DNA of 63,173 nucleotides, filler included, from Ministeria vibrans ATCC 50519 (lineage: Eukaryota > Protista > Filasterea), in the NCBI GenBank assembly GCA_943704425.1. It is 11 parts of 11 records of this genome, joined end to end, with 100 filler letters (N's around TTAATTAATTAA, not from the genome) between each part and the next. Parts side by side here need not be neighbours in the genome. Positions count along the whole stretch, not along the records: positions 8,874 to 24,668 come from CALSCP010002245.1; positions 24,769 to 38,697 come from CALSCP010002697.1; 9 more parts are not named here. One strand, 5' to 3'. Every line of letters starts with the position of its first letter. Position 1 is the stretch's first letter. The notes below the pieces were generated by a model. That model was not told the DNA's origin. It saw only the letters and a program-made list of their open reading frames with translations, and searched no databases. Position numbers and translations under genes: made by a program. Below, piece after piece: positions 11,978 to 24,916 of the stretch.

Positions 11978-12173
11978 AAAAAATTCCTTTCCCTTTTATT
12001 ATATTTGGGGTTTTTGTCAACACACACACACACACACACACGAGTAGTAGAAAGGAGTACAGAACAAAAAAGAATGTTCCGCATTCTCATCCAATAAAAA
12101 CAAAAAATAGAGAAAAACCAGACACACGAAAAAAAAAGTGACACTTGAAGAAAAAAGAGGGGATGAGAGACGT

Positions 12174-15100
12174 TTAGCTGAGCCAATCGAGATCATCATC
12201 ACTATCGTCGAAGAGAGGATTGTCTGCCTTGGACACCTCAACCGCACCCGACTAAAGAGAAGAGAGCGAGTACAAACGAGAGAGAGAAGAGTGAGCAAAA
12301 TAAAACTAGATGAATGACACTGCACACACACACACACACATCACATCACACAAACGCATTGAGTGGGAATGTCAGAGAGAGAGAGAGAGAGAGAGAGAGC
12401 ATGAAACAACGACCGCACATGCACCACAAAGGTACACGTACACACATAGCACACACATTATATATATGTGTGTGTGTGCGTGAGTTCTCAACATACCGCT
12501 GCCTTTTCCTTGTCGTCCTTGGGCGTTGGCTTGGCGAAGAAAGTGTCGTCGTCGTCGTCACTCGCATCGTCAAACAGTCCCGAGTTTTCAGTCTTCACCT
12601 TGATTAATCATTCGCGTTAAGTCTATTCGTCGAAAACACAGAGTTTTGTAGATTATTGATATAAATTTACCTCCACTTTGGGCTCTTCGTCCTTCTTGGG
12701 AGTCGCCTTGGCAAAAATGTCGTCGTCTTCGTCATCATCGCCAAACACAGACCTGGCACGCGCATACATGTGAGCACTTTCATTCTTCATCATGCGCCAA
12801 ACACACGTATAATTATACTATTTATACTTACTTTTGTGGTGACTCAGCTTCGGGTTCGGGTGCGTCTGCCTTCGTCTCTTCCTCCTCCTCCTCTTCATTG
12901 TCCTCTTCTTCCTCTGCATCCTTTACCACTGCTGCTTCCTCCACAATCTCCGTTTGCGTCTCCTCCTCCTCATCTTCATCAGCAACGGGCAGCGGTGGCC
13001 CACCCGACACATCATCATCATCATCTTCATCATCATCATCTGAGTCCATTGCAGCAAACACGTCAGTGACGGTGGGCGCAGGGGGCGCAGCTGCCTCCGT
13101 TTCCGCTTCCACTTCCTTCTCCTCGACCTCAGCCTCGACCTCAGCCTCGACCTCAGCCTCAGCCTCAGCTTCAACCTCAGCCTCAGCCTCAGCCTCAACC
13201 TCAGCCTCGACCTCAACCTCAGCCTCGACCTCAACCTCAGCCTCGACCTCAGCCTCAGCCTCGACCTCAGCCTCAGCCTCGACCTCAGCCTCAGCCTCGA
13301 CCTCAGTCTCGACCTCGTCGACAGCCGCTTCTTCTTCCTCCTCCTCATCTGCTTCCTTCTCTCCATCGACAGCCTCGACAACCACGTCATCCGTTTTCTC
13401 CTCCTCCTTCTCCTCCTCAACCTCAGCGATCTCCTCAGCCTCCTCGGCCTCCTCAGCCTCCTCTTCGTCCTCACCTTCCTCCTCCTCCTCCTCCTCATCC
13501 TCCTCCTCCTCCTCATCCTCCTCTTCGTCCACATCCGATGCAAACGTCTTGAGTGCCTGCACTGTGTTCGTCTTGACCGCTTGCAAAATCTTCGACGACA
13601 CATCGGAGCCCAGGTACGACTCTTCGTCATCAAACTCCTCGCTAAGCTCGTGGTAGACATTGCTCATGATGCCCTTGATGCGCTGCGCCGCAACCTCCTT
13701 GTACTGTTCGAGCTTCGCCTCGGCAGCCTCGGCACGCAGCTTGACCTCCTCGGACGATGCCGAAGAGGCAGCGTTCGCCGACGCCGCAACCATTGAGGCG
13801 GCCTTGGCCGACGCCGCCTGTGCTGCGCCCGCCTTGGCCTCCTCNNNNNNNNNNNNNNNNNNNNNNNNNNNNNNNNNNNNNNNNNNNNNNNNNNNNNNNN
13901 NNNNNNNNNNNNNNNNNNNNNNNNNNNNNNNNNNNNNNNNNNNNNNNNNNNNNNNNNNNNNNNNNNNNNNNNNNNNNNNNNNNNNNNNNNNNNNNNNNNN
14001 NNNNNNNNNNNNNNNNNNNNNNNNNNNNNNNNNNNNNNNNNNNNNNNNNNNNNNNNNNNNNNNNNNNNNNNNNNNNNNNNNNNNNNNNNNNNNNNNNNNN
14101 NNNNNNNNNNNNNNNNNNNNNNNNNNNNNNNNNNNNNNNNNNNNNNNNNNNNNNNNNNNNNNNNNNNNNNNNNNNNNNNNNNNNNNNNNNNNNNNNNNNN
14201 NNNNNNNNNNNNNNNNNNNNNNNNNNNNNNNNNNNNNNNNNNNNNNNNNNNNNNNNNNNNNNNNNNNNNNNNNNNNNNNNNNNNNNNNNNNNNNNNNNNN
14301 NNNNNNNNNNNNNNNNNNNNNNNNNNNNNNNNNNNNNNNNNNNNNNNNNNNNNNNNNNNNNNNNNNNNNNNNNNNNNNNNNNNNNNNNNNNNNNNNNNNN
14401 NNNNNNNNNNNNNNNNNNNNNNNNNNNNNNNNNNNNNNNNNNNNNNNNNNNNNNNNNNNNNNNNNNNNNAAAAAAAAAAAAATCAATCAATCGATCTGTC
14501 GATCAAACAATCAATCAATCTATCCATCAATCTTACGTGAAGCTCTTCGCGAAGGGACTCGAGACGCTCCATGACAGCCGTCTTGGCAGAGCGCTCTTCG
14601 TCAAGGAACTTCTGGACGTCATTGATGCGGTTCTCAGAGGCAGCGACCGAGACACGCAAGGACTGCAGCTCGGCGGCGTCCTTCTCGTGAGCGGCACGCG
14701 ACACGGCCACCTGGTTACGCAGATCTTCTTCGGTGCGCTCCATTTTGGCCTCTTGTGTCTGCATCTGACTGAGGCGCGCCATGGCCTCGGCCAGCTCGCC
14801 CGTCATGCGCACCTTGTCCTGCTCCAACACCAGCACGCGCTGTTGGCTCTGCTCCGTCGTCTCCTTCAGTGTGTCGTTACGCTGCTCAAGCATGTTGTTG
14901 CTGCGCTCAATGTATCGCTGGTTCGCATCCAGAAGCTTCTGGATCTTGTCGTTCTGGTTCTCTATCCGAGCACTCTTCTCATACACCTACAAAAAACAAA
15001 AAAAAAAACAAAAAAGTAAGTACAAAAAGAGAGAAGAGTACCGTTTGAGACTGACCTCCTTCTTGAGACGCTCATTGTCGAGAACGAGGCGCTTGACAGA

Positions 15101-17081
15101 CTCAAGAAGAGTGTGGGACTCCATAACAGTCGCGTCCTGGTTCGCATTAAAGTGGCGGTCCATTTTGTTGTTCATGACATCGACCTTGGTGGCGAGCTCA
15201 CCAATGGCCATCTTCACGTCGGTTGCCTGCTTGCGTGTCTCGACGACTGCCTCTTCGTGGTTTACGGTCGGCACGGCAACGGGGGCGGGTTGTGGCTGTT
15301 GTTGTTGTTGTTGTTGCTGCTGCTGCTGTTGCTGGTACATGGGAGGCTGCTGTTGGAATTGTTGGGGTTGGTACTGCTGCTGGAACTGCTGCTGCTGCTG
15401 CTGAGGGCTCTGGTAGAGGGCGAGTGCACCGCCCGGCTGCTGCTGCTGTTGTTGCATTTGCTGCTGTTGTTGAGGCATACCGCCCATCATGCCCATCATT
15501 TGCGCCTGCTGTTGTTGTTGCTGCTGCATTTCCATGCGGAGACGCTCCTGCTTGAGCTGCTCCATTTGCACGCGCTGCTGCTCCTCAAGTTGTTGACGCT
15601 GCTTCTCGAGCAGTTCCTGCTGCTGCTTCATCATCTCCGCCTTGCGCTCGAGCTCCTCGGCCGCAGGATCCACAGCGGCAATAGGTTGACCCAACTTGGC
15701 CATGCGCGAGATGACCTTGGCCTTGCTGGCGTGCTCGGAGTCGGACTCCTCGGCGGCCGACTTGACCGGCGTGGCAGCAGCGGGCGCCTCGGCGGTCGCC
15801 GTCTCCTTGTTCTTGCTCTGCTTCACCTTGGCGACGCTAATATCAAACAGCAGCGTTGCGTTGGCGGGCACCTTGGGGCTGGCACCTTTAGCACCGTAGC
15901 CTTGTGCGGCCGGCACATACAAGAAGCGTCGGCCACCCTCCTTCATGCCAACACAGCCCACATCCCAGCCCTTGATCACCTTGCCCTTGCCCAGTTTGAA
16001 ACGGAACGCCTTCTCGCCCCCCACGTTCCCGTCAAACTCGCTTCCTACCGTATGGTTTTGCAACAACCATCCCGTGTAAAACACTTCGACCGAGTCACCG
16101 CTCTCGGCCGCCTAGTCACAAAAAAAAAAAAAAAAAAAAAAAAANNNNNNNNNNCTTCTGCGGAGCGGGAATCGGCTGCAGATGCCCAAGGGATGCCATG
16201 CGGACTTTTATGAGATTATGTGAGTCGAATCTTAATAATTATGAATCATCACTATTACGTATCCTTTGCCCGGAATGAGATCTTGGCCAATGACCGAATC
16301 GGTGCCGGTGTTGCCACGTGCAATGGCAATCTGGCGGGCAAACTCGCAGGCGTCTTTTTCGCTGGAGAAGCGAATCGACCAATTTTGCTTGTTTGAGTCG
16401 TACACATTAGCGTAAAAGTTCTCTTGCACGCTAAACTGGGTCTTGGCCGAGAGCACAATCTCTGCACTAATCTCCGTCTGAGACTTGTAGATGATCATTT
16501 TGTACGAGGCAGCCTTGCGATCGCCCAGGATCGCCGCATGCTGCTTGCCCTGATCCGCGTACTGTCCCTTGTGCCTAAACACACAATATCAATGCAAACT
16601 CTCTACGCGGACACGCTTGCGTACAGTTTGAAGACGTGCACTGACACATGGTGAACCACCTGCTGACCACTGCCACCGCCTGTGCAAGAAGAAGAGGAAG
16701 AGGAAGAAGAGTTAAAAATGCTCGTTTGGGTTTGGTGTGCAAGTAGGTAAATTGCAATCATGGAAGCTATGGTTGTCATCAATGGAAGCGCATTGATGGG
16801 AAGGAGGAGTGCACGGGGGTTGAATGAAGAGCGGGCAATGAGAGGGAAAGGAGAAACGGTGGACTCGGGCGGGGCGTGGAGAGGAGAGAGGGAGGGAGGG
16901 AGGGGAAAAGAAGGTGTTCAAGACACCAAACACACACTCTGGTTCGGTTGGCATGAAATGCAAAAGACACAGAGAATGTCATCTGGGGCAAGACACGACC
17001 GCCATCACAGGGAAGGCCGGTGGAGCATACGCCGGACGCCAACAATGGGGTCGGGCCGGGGAAATAGCTTGCCAGGAATGG

Positions 17082-17120
<39 letters not shown>

Positions 17121-17579
17121 AAAAAAAAAAGAAGAAAAAAAACGACTTACTCTTGCTCTTCTTGGGCTCCTTTGGCCTGGTGTACTGTAGCGAGGCATTC
17201 GCTGGCTGGGCGGTCTGTCCAAAGACTGCACCGAGGGTCGGGGGTCTGTAGACAGGCGGGATGAGAGACGATTTCGTTTTGAGGTTCGCAAAAAAACTTT
17301 TCGGACGACAAGAGAGGGAATAAAGTGGCGAGAGAGAGGCAAGCGGGAGGAGACGAAGGGCCGCACTCGACAGAGAGCCGCCCAACCGCATCGATGGGCC
17401 CCGGGGTGCCCGCCATTAGCGTGTATTTATCTTGACGGGTCAAGTGATGCCTTTTTTTTTTTTTTTTTTTTTTTTTCTTCATTGATTGGGATGGGAGCAA
17501 ATTTTTTACTGTTGGGTGCGTACCTGGAAGGGTCCAGCGTGAAGGAGCTGTCTCCTTCTTCGTCGAATCGGAGAGACAT
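12174..17579 (-). CDS. FKBP15: FKBP15/WAFL-like protein (WH1-like, FKBP PPIase domain, coiled coil, acidic tail); multi-exon with N gaps
   Basis: LGAVFG...LQYTRPKEPKK N-terminus; YTGWL...FD...FRFKLGKGKVIKGWDVG...GGRR...PAAQGYG FKBP domain; C-terminus DDSDDDLDWLS*. Confidence 0.85.
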
Positions 17580-17640
17580 CTGCGAATATATTTGAGTGAT
17601 CAAGAACAAATCTAAACAATACTACTTATTTTCCTACAAT

Positions 17641-17920
17641 ATGCCGCTAGTCGACGTCGAGCAGCGAAGCGATGAGTGGTATAGGAGAAGAAAGGCGTTG
17701 ATTGTAACTGCATCTCGGTTTGGCGACGTGATTGGCGCGGGAGTGGGCACTCCATATGACTTTTATCAGTCTGTTGTGGAGAAGCGACGGAATCTCGAAT
17801 GCGCTGAGTCGAATAGCTCGGCATTCACGCAACATGGCGTGGAAGTGGAGCCAGCCATCGACGAGGCGTACGCCATTTTGACTGGTAATGCTGAGGGAGG
17901 GAGAAAAGAGAAGGAAACAA

Positions 17921-18005
<85 letters not shown>

Positions 18006-18152
18006 AAGGAGGGGGAAAGAAACAAAGTGATAGAGAGAGAGAGAGAGAGTAAGGAGAGGGAAAGAAAGAAAGTGATAGAGAGAGAGAAGAGAGAGTGTGA
18101 GAGACAAAGCGTTAGAGAGAAGAGAGAGTGTGAGAGAAAAGTGTTAGAGAGA

Positions 18153-18206
<54 letters not shown>

Positions 18207-19195
18207 AAGGAGGGGGAAAGAAACAAAGTGATAGAGAGAGAGAGAGAGAGTAAGGAGAGGGAAAGAAACAAAGTGATAGAGAGAGAGAAGAGAGAGTGTG
18301 AGAGACAAAGCGTTAGAGAGAAGAGAGAGTGTGAGAGAAAAGTGTTAGAGAGAAGAGAGAGTGTGAGAGACAAAGTGGTAAAGAGAGACACACACACAAA
18401 TGATTGAGAGTGTGTCGAGAGAGACGTCTCAAAGCAAATGCGGTGTGTCATTTGTAGGACGCACTCCGTCTCCTGGGCGGTTCTTTGTTCCCGCCGACAG
18501 CTCCCTGCTTGCCGGCTTGGTCGGTGCTTCACCCGACGGTTTACTACTTGATGAGGAGGGTACGATTGAAGGCATTGTCGAGTACAAGGCGCCAGTCTTT
18601 GACTTGTACGATGGTATACCGGCCAAGTACATGGCACAAGTAAGCTTGACCTTGTCAGTGATGTTTTACTGAAGCCACACTATCTTTTTAAGATTCAAGG
18701 CCAAATGGGGATTATAGGATGTAAATGGTGCGACTTTATGGTGGTACGCAAGGCAAAAGGGTACACGAACAAGAATAGAGTCGAGCGTGTATTGCCTTGT
18801 AGGTGTGTATGAAAACGCAGTCAATCACTCTGCACCGCGTGCCCTTTAGTCGCGCCTACTGGAGTGCCCTTTCAGCGCATCTCAAACGGTTCTGCTCAGC
18901 AGTGCGCGCATCACTAGCAGACACCACCACCACCGGCAGCAGTGTCGAGTTCCTTCGTCGCCCCATCACAATGCCCACTGTCGACGCCATCCAGAATCGT
19001 CTAGAGTCACGCCCCATGCTCTGTTTTGCCTCCACTCCCTCCATCCCTCAGCAGAACTCTGAACTCACAACAACATCAACAACAACAACAAAAACAACAA
19101 GAACAAGTGCGCTGTGGTTCCGTCTCTCTGTCTCCTCTGCTCGTCCCTCTCCCGCCTGGTTCTCGTTTCCCCTCCTTCTCGGTGCGCCAAACTGA
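17641..19195 (+). CDS. YqaJ/lambda-exonuclease-like viral recombinase domain protein, spliced
   Basis: EQRSDEWYRRR...TASRF; HGVEVEP; GASPDG...VEYKAP; KYMAQ|IQGQMGIIGCKWCDF across GT-AG introns. Confidence 0.88.
17923..18390. repeat. (GA)n microsatellite with an internal ~200-bp duplicated unit in YqaJ intron 1
   Basis: Direct reading: block starting at about 18001 repeated at about 18203. Confidence 0.85.
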
Positions 19196-19328
19196 GACAC
19201 AGGGCAAAATCACACACACAAATGATATCTCGTTGTATATTGTCGAGTACTAATAAGAATAAGACGTATTATGTTCTGTAAATGATTAGTGATACGATAT
19301 ACAAGTAAAGGAATGAGCGCGTTTGAAG

Positions 19329-20658
19329 TTATGCCATGGAGTGCGCACGGGCACGCTTAAGCTCAAGGGCTCGGACGCGGGTAAGGGGGGACTTGGGAGG
19401 CAGGGCGGGCGGGGCGGCGGAGGCGGCAAGGGCCATGGCAGCGTGGTGGGACGTGGATAGTTCCTGTCGGGGTGTGGGAAGGGCTGACTTGCGGGGTGGT
19501 GGTGGGGGGCGCATGAGATTGCAAAGGATGGGAGGGGAGGTGGTGGCGGGCGAGGCGGGGGCTGACGAGGGATGAGTGAGCAGTGGGGGTTGTGACTGGT
19601 GTGCCGGTATTGCCTTGAAAGCAGGGGTAGGTTGAGTCGCGAGGGCACTTGTTGCAGCGCTGCTACTCGTGGTGGCGGTGGTGGTGGTGGTGGTGGTGGT
19701 GGTGGTGGGGATGATAGGGGCGGCCGGGCTGTGAGGGGTTTCATATTGTCTACATTTTAATCACCGTCGCTGCCGAGTGTCATCACTGCGATTGTGGATA
19801 GGGGCGGCCGGGCTGTGAGGGGTTTCTGCGCCCGGAAGAGGTAGACGCGCCGGGAGAAAGTCGACAAGGAGATCGTCGTCGGCGTCGACGGGGATCACGT
19901 CCATGGCTTTTGAGCCGAGTGCCTTGATTTTCTGTTTTTGAATCTCGACCTGCATGTACTGCGGAATAGGAGGCGCGCGGCGCAGACACGGCAGCGAGGA
20001 GGTGTTGGGAGCGGAGCGACGCAGCGAGCCGGCACGGGGGGAAATGGGTGGTGGAAGGTCGTCGGAGTCGTCGACAGAGTCCTGCACTATCGAAGCGGAC
20101 GCAGCGCGTTCAACCCGTTGTGAGGAGGGCACTCCTAATTGAGTCTGACTGGAGGTGCGCAGATGGCGACGACGTGGCGGCGGCACGGGTCGCTCGGCGG
20201 AGATCCCGGTGATGACACTGTCACTGTCGTTGAGGGTGCTGGACGGAGCGCCGGCAAAGGCACTGGCGGGGGCACTGGCGGTGGTGTCGGGCGAGGTGTG
20301 AAGCGACGGAGGCGGCGAAAGGGGCTTTGAAACGGATTCGGGTGCACAACTCGCTGTCGACGGAACGCTTCTTCGCTGCGGCGGACGACGTGATGTAGGC
20401 ACTGTTGGCGGCGGGGATACGGCCGGGGGTGTGTGGGAAGGAGGCGAGATTTTCGCCTGGCGAGCACTTGACGTCGTAGAGGCCGACGAAGACTTTGCAC
20501 GCCGTCTTGTGCTGCGCTGTGTCATGCGCTCCTACACCGACAGGGTCAACATTTCATGTGGAAATCCATTGGACGATGCGATGCATCGCAGATTGACGGG
20601 TGTGTGCGAGTGCGAAGACAACGACCGAAAATAAAGATCACGTCAGAAAAATAGTTGA

Positions 20659-20694
<36 letters not shown>

Positions 20695-20917
20695 CGGTTT
20701 TTGCGTTATGAATAGAGGAAAAGAGGAGCGATTTGCTTGGAGATGTGCGTACCACATCAGCATTGCGCTTTCCAGAGGCGCCAGGCAAGGCGACAATGAC
20801 GCCCGTGTCCATGTTTTGCGGTCGAATAAGCGAAACGGTTTTGCGCGTTCCGATGGAGAGGGACCTCGGCCGACTACGCACAGGCGTCTTGTCGCGCACT
20901 TCAGTGCACGTCTCCAT
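19329..20917 (-). CDS. Pro/Ser-rich low-complexity protein, unknown function
   Basis: ORFs 19761-20525 and 19286-19744 with poly-Pro; plausible intron at about 20532-20751; 30-bp direct repeat at about 19712 and 19797. Confidence 0.4.
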
Positions 20918-21347
20918 TTCCAACGTGTATGCTTCAGCAACTCCAAAAAAAAGATTGAAGAAGAGTTATGATGAGAGATTGTGATTACTTTGTGAGCTTG
21001 AGGGGTAGAAGTCACAAGCGAAAAATAATAGAGCGGATCACAAGATGGCCAGGACGGAGGCCCTCTTGGACCCACACGCACAAGAATGGTGTAGTTGGTA
21101 CCTTTGGACGGGCTTTAGTTGGATTTACGCTGAGAATTAGTTGCGATGTGAGGAATTTTGTTTGTTTTTTGCGTTGATTCTGCGTGCGAGTGTGTGAATA
21201 TGACTCGAAAAGATGTGGAACATACCGCTGCAAAGTAGTTGATAAGATATTAGGAAGAGGGTATCTTTTTCTTCAAAAACAATACTAAATTTCTTTACAA
21301 TACAACATGGAACATACACTAAACAACTGCGTTCCGAGAAGGGCTTA

Positions 21348-23415
21348 TCAGTTGCACGAGTACGGTTTGGTCAGCTTGTTAAGGTCCTCCAAGAGAGCAT
21401 GGTTGTTTGAGCCAAAGTCGAGACAGAGGGCGCCACCACCGCGAGTGAGCTGGGTCGGGGCGCGGTTCTTATCAGCGGCGCAGTACATGCCGGGGACGAG
21501 GGCCCACTTGGAGTGGTCTTGTGTGCCGCAGACAGTCCCGGGCGTGTAGTAACAGGGGCCACAGTCAGTGCAAGGGAAGTTGTTGTGGTTGTCCCACGAC
21601 GCGTAGTTGGGGTAGGGCGTGGTGGTGTCCTTTTCGTACAGCGAGAAGTCGACGTGCGACACGTTATAGACACGGTAGGGGGGCGTGCACTGGTTAAGGA
21701 GGGTGTCGCCCGCCGTCCACCATGTTTGAGCGGTCACGTCTGCCTTGACTGTCGCTCCAATGAGAGCGCCGTAGAGATCCGCATTGAATGACGCACCTGT
21801 CGCAAACCCAACCAGCTTCTGTCCCTTGGCACTTGTGAGGTCACTCACTTGCTCACTAATGGGCGCACCAACAGCCTCCGATGCAAGTACAGACGTGTTG
21901 CGGCCATTGCTTTTGCACTGTGAGGCAATAGATGAGAAGTCCATGCGCGAGACGGAGTCCATTGTGGGCAGTTTCTTGCGACTGAGGGGCGACAGTTGCG
22001 AGTCGTACACGACCGGATTGTAGATGCCCACCTGGCAGGCAATCTTCTCAAACTCGGCCCAGCCACTGAAACTCACGCACATGGCATTTTGCGCGTGCAT
22101 CAGTTGCGACCTGGCAGGCGCTTGGTACACGCTGTCCGTCATGTTGCAGTACTTGCTAAACTGGATGTAGTCGGGCGAGCCGGGCACTAGCGAACCTGCC
22201 GCGCCCGGACCGCAAGGGAACAGAGGAAACGAATGAATGAGCCAGAAACCATGGCCAGACTGGTCCCAGGAGATGACGCCCTGTACCAATAAGAGAAACA
22301 AAAGACAGTGTCAGCGAGACTAAAGTGAAAGGGAAAACAAAGTAGAAAAAGAGAAAGAGAGAGAGAAAGACAAACAAAGTGATAGAAAGAGAAAGAGAGA
22401 GAGAAGGTAAACAAAGCAATAGAAGCCAAACAATGCAAGAAACACAAAGGAATAGAAAGAGAGCAAGACACGAAACAACAAAAAGAGAGACAAAAGAACG
22501 AATGCGCAAACCCCAGTTTCCCCATTGTGTCGTTCTTACCTTTGCATGCCCATAGACTTTGGCACACGCCTCGCCATTGGGGTCCCACGGGTAGCATGTG
22601 ATGTTCTTGGGCCCGAACGGAGGTAGAGGCTCGTCCTGCGAGTCACAACCGGCAAATGCGACAGGAAGATAAGAAAGATAAGAAAAAGAAATAAAAAGGC
22701 AAAATGTGAGGGAGTGAGGAGGCGTATGGATGCGCACTGCATACGTTGTAGATGAGATAGTCATTGCCAGAGTCCCACAGCTGAGAGAGGGTGTATGTGA
22801 GGGCGCTGCGAGGGAGAAGAGGAGAGAGAGGAGTGAGAGACACAACGGGGAATGCCAGAGCACCCTCCCAGACGCACGCCGTACCCGTAGTAGTTGCCAA
22901 TGTACTCGTCGCTGCGTTGTATCGTCGGGTGTCCATCGTCCGAGTAGCTGGAAAGGTCGCACAAGTCAATCTCGTCTGTTTTTTTTTCTTTTTTTTTTTC
23001 TTTAATATGGCCGTTAGGTGCAGTACGGCGTGATGGGCAGCGACGATGCTGCATGCGGAGGGTCCAAGAGCAGCAGAGCACACGTGCGAAAGCCATGCGG
23101 CAAAGGGTGGGGCGGCAGGACAACGGGTGGGCGCGTCGTCAGGGGATGTTGGAAGAGGGATGGGATGGGGAAGACAGGTGGACCGAGAAAGAGCGACAGA
23201 GGCACACCGGCCGCCTACCTGTAGTTCCTATTCGGGACTTCGTAGCTGCCGGGCACGAGGGGGTTGGACCAGGCGCCGATGTGCTTGAACATGACCCACC
23301 AGTCGCGCAGAGGACGCGATGCGGCGTCGCCAATGCACTGCAGCCCTTCCGCTTGCGACCCGCTCGCCCACAGCACCACCACCAGCACGTAGGCGGGGAG
23401 GAGGAGTAGCTTCAT
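21348..23415 (-). CDS. DNASE2: Deoxyribonuclease II (secreted/lysosomal), multi-exon
   Basis: Signal peptide; C...DWWVMFK; GHAK|GVI; FWLIHSFPLFP; DHSKW...DKNR..TQ..RGGG.LC. Confidence 0.9.
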
Positions 23416-23636
23416 CTTTTCAATCGTAACGGTCGAAAATTGTAATATTTCAGACGTTTCACGGTAAACTGTTAAACAGTTTGACTCAATTTCAAGTAAA
23501 CAACCATTTCGGATGTGCTTTCGCGTTGCGCAGCGTTGCACAAATGACTCACATTCCTTCAGTAGACATGATGTGTTCATCAATGCGCTTGCAGCCAGCC
23601 AAGTAAGCCTGTTGACACCCTGTTGAACCGCTGCAG

Positions 23637-24252
23637 TCATGCGCGCTGATCAGTTGATTCAGTGTGTCTTGCTCGCTTATACGCTCGCTCTTCCTCCTCA
23701 ACTTCCTCGCCGCTACTCGACAACGAGTATGATCTCCTTCTTCTCTTCTCCTTCTTCTCCTTCTTCTCCTTCTTCTTCTCCTTCTTTGCCTTCTTCTCCT
23801 TCTTTGCCTTCTTCTCCTTCTTCTCTCTCTTTCGCTTCTTCTCCCCCTCTCTCTCCGTCGCGTCCTCCCGCACGTTGTCCCACATTGCCATGGCAGCACT
23901 GTCGTTCAGTCCGACATAGCGCGCTCCGTCTACATTCCACAGATCCGCACCCGCATTGACTTTGCGATCTGCCAGTTTCCGGGCAACAGCTTCGCGTCGC
24001 GCCAACTCCATTTCCTCTTGCGCCTGCGCCTCCTCTTCACGCTGCCTCCATCCACTCCGACCCTCTTCACGTCTCCGCGCGTCCACTGCGTCCAGCAGTC
24101 TCCGTCTCTGCCACATCTCCTCTTCTTGCGCCGCCTACGAAATTCGATGCATGCTTGATCATCACTCTGCCGTCTCTCAGTCCACTCACTGTATTGGACG
24201 CATCCGTGTGTTTCACTAGACGCAACAACGTCTCTTTGTCAATATTCGCCAT
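23637..24252 (-). CDS. Small Lys/Glu-rich protein, probably nuclear
   Basis: Two ORFs joinable by an intron; KKEKK repeats and a Ser/Glu tail. Confidence 0.5.
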
Positions 24253-24916
24253 AAGGGAAGGAAGAAAAAAGAATGATCAGACAGATCAGTACGTCCGACG
24301 AGAACCAACAGTCAACACCGTTAATTCCTGGACGTGCGGCCGTTTCCGCTTGTCGTTCCGATCACTCACTAAATAGGCTTGTCTGGCTTTGTTCTACATT
24401 TAGACGTTACATTGGGGATGCGCATGGATAGATTCAGGACTCATACTGTCACAAATTGGAGTTCATCGTGAGTTAATCCGAGGTTGATCATCCTCAATAT
24501 TTCTCATTCTTTTATTCACCCATGGCCACTCATACCACTTCCAATACCCTCAACAGGGCTGAGCTGGACTCCTTCAGCGACACATGGCGCAAGCTGTTCG
24601 AACGTACCGCACACACACACACACACACACATACATACATACACATACATACACAATCGCACCAAAAANNNNNNNNNNNNNNNNNNNNNNNNNNNNNNNN
24701 NNNNNNNNNNNNTTAATTAATTAANNNNNNNNNNNNNNNNNNNNNNNNNNNNNNNNNNNNNNNNNNNNTGTATCTGACCAACTCTTTCATTTACTCATAT
24801 CAAGTGAGGCGTGTTCGAGACAGAATAAAGATAGTTAAGTAAACTTTTCCGACGCAGCGAAGCGTAGTTATCTCAATATAAATTGTTTCCCTTGTACTGT
24901 AGACCAATAGACGTGC

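Noticed and set aside
12898-13660. Ser-rich and Arg-rich ORFs here, and elsewhere (RE)n, (LS)n, (CV)n and poly-N/I ORFs
   Set aside because: Alternative-frame shadows of the acidic FKBP15 exon, or translated microsatellites.
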